Below are positions 21,566-34,135 of a stretch of 42,632 bases of DNA, piece by piece. A program made the position numbers and the translations under genes. The notes below the pieces were generated by a model. It saw only the letters and a list, made by a program, of their open reading frames with translations. It was not told the origin of the DNA and did not search any database. Source of the DNA: Octopus bimaculoides (Eukaryota); assembly GCF_001194135.2 (NCBI RefSeq), contig NC_069008.1, positions 9,377,561-9,420,192 of the forward strand, read 5' to 3'. Numbering within the stretch: position 1 is the first letter of the stretch; the number at the start of each line of letters is the position of its first letter.

Positions 21566-22257
21566 AGTCCCTGGCATGGCAGTGTTACTCAGGTGCTTTA
21601 CCTGTTCGGGATAAGCTCTTTAGGTATGGTTCTGCGTCCAAGGTACGGACAGGACAGTGAAACTGTTCTGCACGCAATTGTACAATGTCCGAAGATTTCG
21701 GAACCCTGGGCTTATGTCGAACATCTGCTGTCACATTCGAGAAGAGTACAACTGTCGACCGAAGCTATAATTAAGATCGTTCCGCCGCCCTTCCTGAACA
21801 GGGAAGAGCAGGCTTGTTTACTCTCGGTAGCAACTATCGCGAAAGAGGTAGTGTGGAAGACTAGAGTGAAAGGGATCATGACAAGCATGTTTATCTCCAG
21901 CTTTGGGTTCCATAGGAAAAGAAAAAAAAGGGGGGGGGGCTGGAGAAGAAATGTCTGTCGCACGGTGTGTTTCGGAAGCGTGTTGAGAGTGAAAGAACCT
22001 GTTTCAGCAAAAACAGAAAAGGTAAAAAAATAAAGTCTTCCGTGTGAGAACGTGGTTTGAGGGGTCACCCACATCCTCCGCTTCACTTTTGAAGCATTCG
22101 ATTCTTTTCTTTGTCAATATTCGATTTTTTAATTTTTAAACGTTCATCCTCCACTGTCAACTCCATTCGATCCCCAGCCCCTTGTCTGTCTGTCCTTGTT
22201 TTCGTCCTCTCTCCATATAGTAACCATATAGGTTTACTATATTGTTAATAAAGAAAA
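21566..22257 (+). mobile_element. 5'-truncated L1/Tx1-clade LINE 3' end with 22-bp TSD
   Basis: ORF2 C-terminal knuckle remnant (ETVLHAIVQC...AKEVVWKTR); ends AATAAAGAAAA; TSD GAGCCAGCCCTATTCAAACAGA at 21544-21565 and 22258-22279. Confidence 0.85.
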
Positions 22258-22869
22258 GAGCCAGCCCTATTCAAACAGACCCGTGGTCAAAGGCGTCGTT
22301 TCAACCGTGACTATCCCTTCACTTTTTTTTTATTTTACAAATTATTTTTCAGACTTGTCCTTTCGTTATGGCTTCAGTTGTGTAATATCTAACAGCGATT
22401 TCTACCAAGTTCAAAAACCACACCGAGGCTCCATTACTGGTTTGTTGTGGTTAGTGTAGCAGCAGCAGCAGCAGTAGCAGTCGTAGTAGTGTTTATCCAC
22501 CCCGCAGACATATCAAAAGCATACTATAGGTGACTGCCTTGTCGGCATTTTCTAACGTCTTATTTCAAACAATACAGTTTGGTTTTTGAGAGATTTGGCT
22601 GCTATTTCTCACAGATCCAGATAGCATGAAGGGATGTCCCTCATTGGTCCATACATATATAAGACAATATGGGAGATTTGAGTACTATTTCTACTCGCTC
22701 TAGCTACTACAGAAAGGTTCTTCTCGGTTTATATATATAATACACATCCATTCATATTGTATGCGCGCGTGTCATGCAACGTTATAAATATGGGGTGTAA
22801 AGTGGAAGTTACTGAATTTATGTGTATTTCCTTGGATTACAATGAGTTTCCATCCATCCATCCGTCTGT

Positions 22870-23050
22870 CTGTCATCATTTAATGATCAGCTTTCCATGT
22901 TTGCATGGATCAAATGGTATGTGTTGAGGCAGATTTTCTATAACCGAATGCCCTTCTTGTCACCAACCCTTACCTGTTTCCAAGCAAAGTAACATTACCT
23001 GTGGCCAGACATTTTTCAAGGAGGACTGGAAACAAACAACAAGCTTGTTT
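22870..23050 (-). mobile_element. Diverged retroposon with RTE-type tail
   Basis: TCATCATTTAATG..GCTTTCCATG...GAATGCCCTTCTTGTCACCAACCC. Confidence 0.55.
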
Positions 23051-23129
23051 ACAACCATCACATAATATCATTGCAGAGGAATGAACCTACCTGAAGCAGT
23101 TGGTTTAAATATATATACACACAATACAC

Positions 23130-23179
<50 letters not shown>

Positions 23180-23184
<5 letters not shown>

Positions 23185-23403
23185 TACTTTTGAGCATGGT
23201 CATTGCCAGAACCGCCTGACTGGCCCTTGTGCCAGTGGCACGTAAAAAGCACCCACTACACTCTCGGAGTGGTTGGTGTTAGGAAGGGCATCCAGCTGTA
23301 GAAATTTTGCCAGATCAGATTGAGCCTGGTGCAGCTTCTGGTTCACCAAACCGTCCAACCCATGCCACCATGGAAAGCGGACGTTAAACGATGATGATGA
23401 TGA
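23180..23403 (+). mobile_element. RTE-type retroposon 3' tail
   Basis: GTGGCACGTAAAAAGCACCCACTACACTCTCGGAGTGG...GGACGTTAAACGATGATG. Confidence 0.85.
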
Positions 23404-23559
23404 TATATTCTTTTGTTTGTTTCAACCATGCAGCTGTTGTGATGCTGAAACACCACTGTGATTTTGTACTTTTACATATCATTCTTCTTTGGCTGGTTTC
23501 TTCAGGATGGTGGCAGTTCATATCACCACTCCTGCAAATGCTTTTTTCTTTGGTTGTTG

Positions 23560-24830
23560 GCCCATTTGTTGTATGAGGAAGTTTGACACTGCTACCCTCC
23601 TCTATACCTCATGCTGGTTCATCCAGTGTTGTAGTGAGCAGAATGTGCAGTTTCTGTTTGAAGACAACCACATCCACATTGTGCAGATTCGTTAATTTTC
23701 TTGGCAAGACATTGAAGAACTGTAGTTTATTGCAGTCCTATTCTATTGCAGTACCTGGTCCTGACTTTTGATGGGATGGACAGTACTCTTGGAACAATAC
23801 AATGGTATCCAGTTCAGGCATTTGTATAGCACTCAATACTGAAATTAGGTACTAGCCCTTCCAAAATTTCCTATACGTAGATTATTACATATCTGTCACA
23901 TCTTTATTCCAAGGAATAAAATTGTAATTTTTCAGCCTTTCCCTGTAGCTCATCTGCTGCACTGTTGCAATTGTTTTAGTGTCATGAGTGGGATTACTTC
24001 AAGCTCTGCTGTTAGTTTGGCACTATGTGGTGACCACAGCTGAAAGCAGTAGTACAAGTGGTTCAGAACAAAGGACCTTAGTATCCATCCTGCCAGTTGT
24101 CTGCACTTTGTTACCATCTCAGTAATGTGTCTATGAAATGGTGCATCATCACACATACTGATCCCCAAGTCTTTCACTACCTGTGACTCTGGGATTGCGG
24201 TGGTTTTGGGTCCTGCATTTGCAGGCTGCAGTACATTAGTGAGCTGATAGCACAGTGCTTGAAATTTTCCAGTATTAAACTGCATGTTGTTTTCTTCAGC
24301 TCACTTGTATATTGCATTTAACAACTATTTTACATTTGGGAGATTGAAGTCACTCTGGAGAAGTATTTGATGTGTTGGTTCAGGCTTGTCAATACCTCTT
24401 CTATGTGTCTGAGGCTATCCTCAAATTTACCATCATGTTTCAAGGCATTTGGTGGATATCATTTTGTGCATATAACTGCATCAATTTGCTTTATATGAAT
24501 TATTAAAGTGCCACAAACTGGATTTGAGTGTGAGAAAAGTACAAGGGGTGTGACATCTTTGCAGATGTACATAGCAGCATCATGGCTTCTTTCTCTTCTA
24601 TCTGTATGAAATACATACTCTGGTATGTATCTTTTCACATCTGTTATATTAGATGTTAGATGCATTTCTATAAGAGCTATGCAGATTGCTTGATTGCATG
24701 CAACAAGGTCTTTCAGATAAAGAATTTTACCTAAGTTACTAAGTTGTAATAGACCTCCAATATTTAGTAGAAATATGGGTGCTATACTCAAGTAGTTGTT
24801 ACTGGTGTTTGTGGTGGCCATCCTGGGTCC
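23560..24830 (-). mobile_element. Heavily deleted CR1/L2-like LINE (APE N-terminus joined to RT C-terminus)
   Basis: LLNIGGL...IALIEMHL...DRRERSH (APE); MQFNTGKF...KDLGI...QLAGWILRSF...YCFQLWSP (RT C-terminus); QLFNVLPRKL...FKQKL..DEP. Possible ORF1 debris extends to about 25560. Confidence 0.75.
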
Positions 24831-25984
24831 ATCACCTGTGATGGTCTTGTGTATTGAAATGCATGGCTTTGATTTTGCATTTCTTGCAGCCGTGTCAGTT
24901 GCTATATTATCTTCTGGCCATTCTCAAAAAAGCTTCCAGCTCAATAGCTGTAGTTTGCACAGCCTCTGCATATTGCCTTTTGAGGGGTGAAGAGGGTATG
25001 TATTAATTCCTTTTCTTATTCTTATAGGACCTGTTTCTCTCTGTTGGTGTACTATAAGACTGCAGGTCCACATTTGATGATTTCTCTCTTCTGTGTTCTA
25101 GCTGGTTTTGTTATTCTGATAAGACTTATGATGAGAAAAGTTACAATTTGTTCCTTTTTCTCCTTGCCAACAGGTGCCATTTAAATAGAATTTACAGACA
25201 ATCTGAGCTCTGTCAGTTTTTGTCCTTGCATTTGTTCATTTCACTTTTTGATATTCCAAGTCTTTGTTTTTGTTTTCAGTTTCAGACTTGAGGACAACAT
25301 CACTCTTTCTGATTGTATCACCTATTTCCCCACCTCTGTTATTCACTACAATTCTGTTTTAGCTGTTATCATTACAGCCACTGCTGCTTTCAGTACTGTT
25401 TTTAAGACAGGTGGCATTTATAGTTGCTTTCTTGATGCCATCAGTTTGACCTTCATGGGTTTCTAAATATGTAGTGTTTTCATTGACTACTTTGTTTCTT
25501 TCATAATACTGTCTAGGAGACTGAGATGTGGTTGAACAAGCACATAGGAGAATATGAACTCCTGTTTTTTCCATACAATTTTTGCAATAGACCTATGGAA
25601 ACTGAAACTTTTTAGGGCCACTGCTATGAAATCATTCGGAAGTGATCCTTCAACCATGTACAACACTTGATGAAAGAGACAAAGTACCTCGATTTCTATA
25701 CATCACTTGCCCATCTAGCTCAGTACAAATTTGCAGCTGTTGGTATCCATTTATTGATATTTTGTAATGTAAAAAGGTGTAAAATATTACTGAAAGGTTT
25801 AATAAGTCCAACATTTGCAAAGATGGGAAGGTACTAAGAAAAAAGAGAAGAAATTATTTCTAAGAAGAACTTTATAGAAGAGAGGTAGGAAAGAAAGAGT
25901 GAAAGTGTTAAAGAGCAAGGCACACACAGACAAATACAAGCGCACACACACACACATACACATACACACACACACAGAGGAGAG

Positions 25985-26295
25985 GACCCCCCTTTGGTCA
26001 TGAATGACCATGGATTTGCCCCTAGAAAGTTCCCTTCCGAAGCACAAGTCCAAGCAAGGTTGTTTGTAGAAGACCAAGAGCTGCCCATACATACAAACCT
26101 CCCCTCTACACACCACTGATATTGTCCGAGGGAAAGGCAAAGGCAGATACAACTTGGCTCCAGAGACAGCTGGAGCAACATGAAATAATGTGTCTTACTC
26201 AAAACACAATACACAGCCTGGTCTGGGAATCAAACTTACTACCTCATGATGTGTGTAAAGGCACACAACTCTAACCATTGAGCCATGTGTCTTCA
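25985..26295 (-). mobile_element. tRNA-headed SINE
   Basis: Minus-strand A box TGGCTCAATGG and B box GTTTGATTC, then GTGTTTTGAGTAAGACAC...TGCTCCAG. Confidence 0.75.
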
Positions 26296-26395
26296 CACAC
26301 ACACATACACACACTCACACACACACGTATATAGACATTATAAAGAAAGTCAGGAGGTATGAGATGAATATATTTATTTCACCAGTTGATATCTA

Positions 26396-26562
26396 TAAGA
26401 TTACAATTGTTTTGCAGCCAATATTATTGAAAAATGATTATCTTAGTGTGTAATAAATTATTTGACATGTCTGTATTAGTGTATATGTTATAAATTATAA
26501 AGTACTATTGTGCAATTCACAAAGGTAATACAGGTAAAGAAGGCTAGCTCATCAGATGTCTT
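26396..26562 (-). ncRNA. Decayed hammerhead motif with ~135-nt stem II insert
   Basis: Minus strand: AAGACAU CUGAUGA GCUAGCC...GGCUGC AAAA CAAUUG UA AUCUUA; homologous to 12466-12627. Confidence 0.5.
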
Positions 26563-26564
26563 GC

Positions 26565-29110
26565 AAACAACTCGCATATGCAAGTGCTACCAGTCGAGAA
26601 CTCCACATACCGGAAGCCAGCAAGTGTATGGGGTCATCAGGAGAGAATGCGTGCCGTTTCGGGGCCTACCTCTCGATGGCATCAATGCGCACCGGCCCCC
26701 CTCACTGATATGAGGCCCCGCTTGCTAGATCAACTGGTTATTAAAAACAAAGCTCAATATTTCTCTAGCCATCGCTCATCGTCTCTTTTTAACCAAATCC
26801 AGTGGCTAGCCTTCTCCACTGTAGTTTGGATATCGGTAATGGTGGTATTTACCTTCCGATGAGTTAGGCCTAACGATAACAGAAGTCGTTTCACACTGTG
26901 TCCTACAAACCCTCTACATTCAACTTCGATTGGAAAATGCTCCGCTTTCCAGCCTGCGTCTTCATATTTCTTGAGGAGGTTTACAAAATGGTCAATCTTT
27001 CGAGCCCGTGTGGCGTCCATATTATCTTCATGAGGAACCGTTAACTCGACTAGATTTACACCTTTCCTTCTTTCACACCACATTAAAATGGCCAGTTTTT
27101 CCGTAACTGGGATGGGAAAGAATCCCTGGCACCCAGGTAAATCTGCAGTCACTTCCCAATAGTCGTTCCACTTTTCATCTCTCACACGAAGTTTCTTGTT
27201 CTTTTTCTTGAAACGGATCTGCTGACTTGAGCGCACGAAGGTAATAAAACCTTTAGATGGTTCTTTCAACAGTTTTTTCTCAGTGTTGTTGAGATGAATT
27301 TGGTTCTTCATAGCATTGAAGATAACCTTCAGGACCAGATTGTGTCTCCATGTATATCTATTCAATGCTAAGGAACAGTTGGAAAGAATAGGTTTCAGTG
27401 TTCTGACCTTTCCGCATTTGCATATGTCATTTTTTGAGACGTTCCATCTTACAAGATTCCTAGGTGACGGCAAAACATCATAGGATGAACGAATCAGAAA
27501 ACTTAGCCGAGATGTCGTCCACTTCCATATTTCATCCCAACGTATTTTCCTCTCAACAACATGTTCTTCCCATCTCTTTATCTGTCCTTGTTGAATACAT
27601 TGGATCAAATGAAGCTCTCTTCTCTCTGCTTCTCTTGTTTTGATGCTGTTGCTAACAATAGATCTGCGTTTACTCTGCATCATACTTGCAAACGGTCTGA
27701 ACTGATTTGCGCCAAAACCAAGTCCTCTCCGATGGTTCTGTGTTGCACCCACCATATCTCTGTGTATAAGAGAAGACAAGATGTCATCAGTCTCTGCTTC
27801 TGCTTTCCACTTCCTGGCTGTTTTCACCTCTGGTGGGTTATGCCTGATTTCCGTATCCTTCGATTCTCTCAGCATCATCACCGTCTGTATCTTCCCTAGT
27901 TTGTATATTTCGACTATTGATGCTAGTGGTAACTGCAACGAACCTCTTTTACGATAAAGCGCTGAACTGTTCAACATCCGAGGTAGGCCTAGCCACTTTC
28001 TAATGAACACATTACATTTTTGTTCANNNNNNNNNNNNNNNNNNNNNNNNNNNNNNNNNNNNNNNNNNNNNNNNNNNNNNNNNNNNNNNNNNNNNNNNNN
28101 NNNNNNNNNNNNNNNNNNNNNNNNNNNNNNNNNNNNNNNNNNNNNNNNNNNNNNNNNNNNNNNNNNNNNNNNNNNNNNNNNNNNNNNNNNNNNNNNNNNN
28201 NNNNNNNNNNNNNNNNNNNNNNNNNNNNNNNNNNNNNNNNNNNNNNNNNNNNNNNNNNNNNNNNNNNNNNNNNNNNNNNNNNNNNNNNNNNNNNNNNNNN
28301 NNNNNNNNNNNNNNNNNNNNNNNNNNNNNNNNNNNNNNNNNNNNNNNNNNNNNNNNNNNNNNNNNNNNNNNNNNNNNNNNNNNNNNNNNNNNNNNNNNNN
28401 NNNNNNNNNNNNNNNNNNNNNNNNNNNNNNNNNNNCACTGAGCCATATGCATTAGCTAGGTCAAGCCATACCACGTTCAAACTTCTCTTTTTCTGCTTGG
28501 CATCCTGGATCGCTTTCCAAATCGAAAAACAATGTTCAACGCATCCAGGGATCCCGGGGATTCCAGCCTTTTGAACAGACTCATCAACATACCCGTTATT
28601 TTGTAAATATGATACTGTTCTCCTGGAAAGAATTCCCATAAAGATCTTGCATTCCACATTCAATAAGGATATCGGCCTAAACTGTTTTAAAGTTTTTGCA
28701 TTGGCCTCTTTCGGCAGGTATATACCTTCTGCCTTACACCAATCCTCTACTAGAGTCTCTTCACGCCACAGTTGTCGGAGTAGGACAAAGAGCTTCTTTC
28801 GCAGACGATTNNNNNNNNNNCTACTAGAGTCTCTTCACGCCACAGTTGTCGGAGTAGGACAAAGAGCTTCTTTCGCAGACGATTGCAATATTTATAAACT
28901 TTATATGAAACGCCATCACCTCCTGGGGCACTCTTTGCTCTTGCTTTTCTTACGAAATCATTCACCTCTCTCTCCGTGATGTCCCCAATTTGGAATTCGA
29001 TATCAGGTTCTGAGAGATGATTTAGCCCATGTAAAGGTGGCAGTGGCTGGTTACGGTGCGGATCGCTGTATGTTTCTTTGACATGAGCGTCCAATTCTTC
29101 TTTCATATGG
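26565..29110 (-). mobile_element. HERO-type non-LTR retrotransposon (RT, zinc knuckle, restriction-like endonuclease), 5'-truncated
   Basis: VQKAGIPGIPGCVEH...WLDLANAYGSV (RT); CKCG...ILSNC, RYTWRHN.VL, LVELTVPHE, PIEVECRGF, EKASHWIWLKR (RLE region). Confidence 0.9.
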
Positions 29111-29117
29111 TTTCATC

Positions 29118-30830
29118 CAGTGGCAGACTGGGTCTAAAACTATTGGTTGCCAGGAGGGGGCCCACCCACTACTACAATGCTATCATTTAATTTTTATAAC
29201 GAATAAATAAAATTTTCAAAAAATACATAAATGGAAATAAAAAGGAGCAATTCAAATTTTTGTGAAAAAATGTATATTTTTCAATAATTACAATGTACAT
29301 GTGCTGTATACATTACTGGCAGTATACAGTAATACAAATTGTAAATTCAGAATGAATTTTTAAACAAATGTTTTGGTGAGTTTTTAATATACTGTTATTA
29401 TGAAAACTTTTAACCAAACTGAAAATAATGACCAATAAATCTATAAGTCAATTTCATTATTTTTAATGAAGACTTTTTATTGTTATGCTTTCTTATGAGA
29501 ATCACAGCATTGTAGCAAATACCATGTCTTCTTACATATACAACATTTGTTTGTTTGCTCTTTACGAAAGTGATTTCTTTCAAACAGCTTGTTCATATAT
29601 TGTTTTTAATTAAACGTACATATGGCAAATATTCTATCACCACCATTTCAATTGCTCCAGCCCATCTAAAAATAAAGGATAAATTTACATGATTTTGATT
29701 TCTTCTACTTTTAAAATTTTACTTCCTTCTATTATTCTTTTTTCCCTGCTCTTGCCTTTACTTTTTTTTATAAAGCCCTTATAACATTTTCAAAATAGCA
29801 GTATATTAAACACGTACCAATTTTTAGAAGTTTTAAACAATTGGTGGATATTTTAAAATAGTTTACTTGTATTGTACATTTTAAACATTAACAGATAGTT
29901 CAAATGTACAAAGCTTGAATTACATACAGTCCACTATATTAAGCGCAATCGTTTGAGTTCACTAAATGATTGTGCGAATCTGTCAACAATTGCTTCTGTA
30001 TCCAATTCATCTAACAATTCATTTTCAATGGAGAGCAACATGTATGCTTCCAAGTTCTCCTCAGACAGCGATCTCCTTAACCTTGTCTTTATGATCTTTA
30101 GCGTTGAAAATATCCTCTCACATTGGACTTGGTCACTGATAGTGTGCAGATGACTTTATAATGTTCATAAAAGTTACTATATGCCTTGTCATAAAGTCTG
30201 TTGGATGCCAGAATTTTTAATATACATGATGGGCAAGTGCTGCAAATTTTATAGTTGTTGCACCTGGAACCCATATTCTCACCACTGTCAAGTAATGGCA
30301 TTAATACATCAAAGTTTGAAGCAAAAGAAGACAATTCCAATTTTACTTAATCTTTGCTGATTTGTGGAAACAACTTAATAATACCTTGCAAGGCCCTTTC
30401 TCTGCAATAGTTTTAAACTTAGCTGGGTCCAAACATGATAAATCTTTATAGAACTGTTTGTGTTGTACAAATTTTGATTCTACTGACTTGACAATGCAAT
30501 CCATTATTAGATTAAACACATTTACTTGAAAACCAGCTGGAGAATCAGAGGAACTTCCTTCATCATTAACAAGCTCATCTGCCATTCTTTTCTTCTTCCT
30601 CTGTCTCTTAACTGGCAATGCTGTTTCCAAAGCATCAATTTCCAATGTTTGATTTTCATCCATATTCATCTGTGAAATCTTGTCATTACATTTATTTACA
30701 AATTTCTTGCTGTGAACGTTATCAAATGTTCTTGTCTGTTCCTTCAACTTTGTTGTAGCTGAATCTACTAAACCCCATGGAGTAAACATATCTAATGATG
30801 ATGCGGAAGTAACACACGCACAGTACATTG
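29118..30830 (-). mobile_element. hAT transposon 3' part with pseudogenised transposase (hATC dimerisation domain)
   Basis: SLDMFTPWGLV...KRQRKKKRMADE...LSCLDP; TLSVTQVQCERIFSTLKIIKTRLRRSLSEENLEAYMLLSIE across a frameshift; candidate terminal TIR CAGTGGCAGACTGGG at 29118. Confidence 0.85.
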
Positions 30831-30897
30831 CTGGGATCTAAGCAACAAAAAAATTTGAAACTTAACCCCCCCCCATACACACAGCCAAGCAAGGCCT

Positions 30898-30931
<34 letters not shown>

Positions 30932-31179
30932 TAAGAAAACGTTTACTGACAGAAAAGTATGTGATTAAAATAAATTACCTTTTAGATATCGTTTTTAAAT
31001 CACTGTGGATAAATTCCAGCACTGATCTTCTCAGGCTCTCCAATATTTTAAAATTATAAACAGAAACAAGTGTGGGGGGGGGGGGTGAAAAAATCAGAAA
31101 TTTTCAAATTTTTTTTTTTAATAACATAAATGTGCTTACGGGGAGAAGAATATAGAAAAACATCAATACATGTGACAGT

Positions 31180-31505
31180 GACAAAGTGAATCTCATCTAG
31201 TTTAATTCTATTCTTAATCAATTGAGCTATATCCCTCTCAGTAACTTTCATGACCTGATCCAGCAGTTTGATACCTCTGTAGTTGTTTCTATCTAAGGCA
31301 TCACCTTTACCCTTGTAGCAGCTGACTACAATACCGCTACACCAGTCATTGGGGATGGTGCTTTCCTGAATAACCTGATTAACTATACAGGTGACGAAGC
31401 TGTATCCTATACCACATTCTCTGCTATGGCCTGGAGGACTATAAGTGGGCTGAGAACTGAGGCCTGGTGAACCCCAACTTGTATGCTAAATTCATCACTG
31501 CATGC
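31180..31505 (-). mobile_element. Rearranged RTE RT fragment
   Basis: IPNDWCSGIVVSCYKGKGDALDRNNYRGIKLLDQVMKVTER plus a separate VGVHQ piece. Confidence 0.85.
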
Positions 31506-31654
31506 GAGCAAGAGAAATAATATTCTTAAGATTATAAACATGGAAAATTACAGGACAAGTTATTACACTTGGAAAAGTTTAGGACAACTTATTACATCTG
31601 GTAAAGTACAGAACAAGAAAATTTTTACTTAAAATATTGCAGCTAAGGATAAAA

Positions 31655-32298
31655 TTTTGATTTTGAAGACTGTGGAATAAATCAGATGGGGCAATGTGTG
31701 GCAAATATGGGGGGTGGGGCATCGTTTCCCATTCAAACTGCTCCAGCCTTTGAAATGTCATCCTTGCTGTATGTGGCCAAGCATTACTCTGATGGAAGAA
31801 CACCTTTTGTCTTGAAACCAAAGATGGCTGTTCTTCTAGTGTTGACTCGAATGACTAGTTACGATGGGATTTGTTCCACCAGGGTTTGCAGGACATCCTC
31901 ATCAAGCTCTACAGATCTTTCACGACAAGGCTCGTCTTCTAGGCTGTAGTTTCCGGCTCGGAATTTCTGGAACCACCTTGACACTGGCCTACACTTATTG
32001 TCCGATCATCATATACTGCATTAATATTCCTCGCACTTTCTATTGCATTGTTGCCTTCATTGAACTCATAAAGCAAAATATATTAAATATGCTCCTTTGT
32101 TACTTCCATTATAGCTTTGGAAAAATAACTATTAAAATTGAACTGCACTCTTCAAAGCTTACACTAAGAATAAGGACAAGGTAAAATTACTACCTACTTT
32201 TATAGCAAGTTGATGCAGATAGTTTATGCCATCCCTCTCTGACTTTTAGTTCTTGTAACTGAAGAAGAAAAAACGCATTATTTATGGGATGAACTCCA
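31655..32298 (-). mobile_element. Internally deleted copy of the 7940 mariner family
   Basis: Same TIR (..CATCCCATAAATAATGCG); HTH joined to LVSRQKVFFH; about 410 bp missing relative to the 7940 copy. Confidence 0.9.
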
Positions 32299-32621
32299 TA
32301 ATATTTTAACTTGTCACAATGACAAATTTTCAAATTAAACAAAACAACACCCAGCAAAGGGCAATAAACAGTTCAATAAAATTTTTCACAATATTTATAT
32401 AATATTTTCAGCCCCACAGGGTGAAAATTACAGTTGACACACAGACAACAGTTCAAAAACAATACAATAACCAATAAATTATGATAACAGAAACAATCAA
32501 AATTGAATTCACATAACAATGGTGGCAATCAGAATGATGTGAAGAAAAAAGGCTGTCAATGCTTATCTGCCTTTGAAAACATATATATTTGAAGTGAAAT
32601 ACATTCACTGATTTTTGAAAA

Positions 32622-33065
32622 TAGAAATAATATATTTCTAAATCTCTCAGAGAGATTTATGCAGTAGCAGCACAATAAAGTGATAGTATGTTGTCAACTT
32701 AATGTGACAGTCCCATAAAAGGGAAGAATACTACTGTTATTTAGACCTAGGAGACACTGTTTCCTGTTGGACTTGACACATTTCCTGTGTCCTTATGTTT
32801 TCAAAGTGGAGATAAGCACTTTCATCCAGCAAAGCCAGCATCCAGAGACTAGCTTTGCTGGGTGGAGGTGCTTATCTCCACTTTGAAAACATAAGGACAC
32901 AGGAAATGTCTCAAGTCCAACAGGAAACAGTGTTTCCTAGGTCTAAATAACTGTAGTATTCTTCCCTTTTATGGGACTGTCACATTAAGTTGACAACATA
33001 CTATCACTTTATTGTGCTGCTACTGCATAAATCTCTCTGAGAGATTTAGAAATATATTATTTCTA
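32622..33065. repeat. Near-perfect 444-bp palindrome (214-bp arms, 16-nt loop)
   Basis: 32622-32835 matches the reverse complement of 32852-33065 with 6 mismatches by manual alignment. Confidence 0.97.
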
Positions 33066-33499
33066 ATGTCAATAAGTGTTATGATATTATTATGGCTTTC
33101 TGTTAAATATATACTCAATTAAATATATACTTAATATGTATCATTCACCTTCAGTTTCTAAAAAAAATTTCTAGATGGGCTAATTTAAAACTCAAAAGCT
33201 ATTAAGCGTAGTTCACCTAAAAACTGAAGAATCTGAAATAAAAAAGAAAGGATGTTACACAGAATAATGAAAACATAACAATGTTTGCCATTGTGTGCAA
33301 ACCAGCTGGGAAAAGTTTTATCAAAATCAATTCGCAGAAAACCAAGAAATTATAAATTTCACTCCTAAGCTATTAGCATGGTTCTGGGTGTATATAGCTT
33401 TTAAGAAATTGACCTCAAATGGGAAGATTTGCAAATAGATCTCTGACTTGTTTTGGAAAATTTGTTGCAATTACTTCCTCCAGAGTCATATCCCAATGA

Positions 33500-33795
33500 T
33501 GATCGAAAAAAATCATGTCAAGAAATTGCAGAAAACTATTGCAGTAATGAAAATATAGGAATCCAAAATTTCAGGGTTGCAAATCTGGATTTGGCCCAGA
33601 ATGTCATTAATTTACTCACAGAGTTGGCCTTTAGATTATAAAAATTGTAATCATACAAAAAAATTTGTCACAAAAAGTCATGTAAAAAAAATGGGCGGAA
33701 ACAATCATAGTAATGGAAACTTGGGAATCCAAAATTTCAGGATTGTGGGTCCAGATTTGGCCTGGAATGTTTTTAATTTACTCACGGAGTCAGCT
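33500..33795 (+). repeat. Diverged ~110-bp direct repeat pair
   Basis: GGAATCCAAAATTTCAGG..TTG...GATTTGGCC..GAATGT..TAATTTACTCAC.GAGT occurs near 33560-33630 and 33725-33795. Confidence 0.7.
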
Positions 33796-33915
33796 TGATG
33801 CCAAAATGGTATATGTTGGACTATGGCCTCTAGGAGTAAAGTTGACAAAGTGTGAGACACTGACACACTGACATTCATATTTATTATATTATATTATTAT
33901 ATTATGTTATATTAA

Positions 33916-34135
33916 ACCAGCGAGCTGGCAGAATCATTAGCACGCTGGGCAAAATGCTTAACGGTATTTTGTCCGCCATTAGGTTTTGAGTTCAAATTCT
34001 GCCATGGTTGACTTCGCCTTTCATCCTTTTGGGGTTGATAAGATTAGTACCAGTTACATACTCTGGTCGATATAATCGATTTATTCTCTTTCACCAAAAT
34101 TTGAGGCCTTGTGCTTCCAGTAGAAAGGATTTATT
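33916..34135 (+). mobile_element. tRNA-headed SINE (Nin/Deu-like)
   Basis: GCGAGCTGGCAGAA...GAGTTCAAATTCTGCC...GCCTTTCATCCTTTTGGGGTTGATAAG.TTAGTACCAGTT. Confidence 0.8.

Noticed and set aside
26630-26670. GAAAC followed by CUGAUGA in the HERO 3' UTR (possible type II hammerhead)
   Set aside because: The stem II strands would be CCCC versus CCCC, there is no stem I hairpin and U16.1 is missing.
28747-28884. 64-bp direct repeat in the HERO ORF
   Set aside because: Exact overlap on either side of a 10-N join; an assembly artefact.
32785-32835. CUGGAUGA-AAGUG..CACUU-UGAAA motif in the large palindrome
   Set aside because: The core has an extra base, stem III and the triplet do not form, and stem I is poor.
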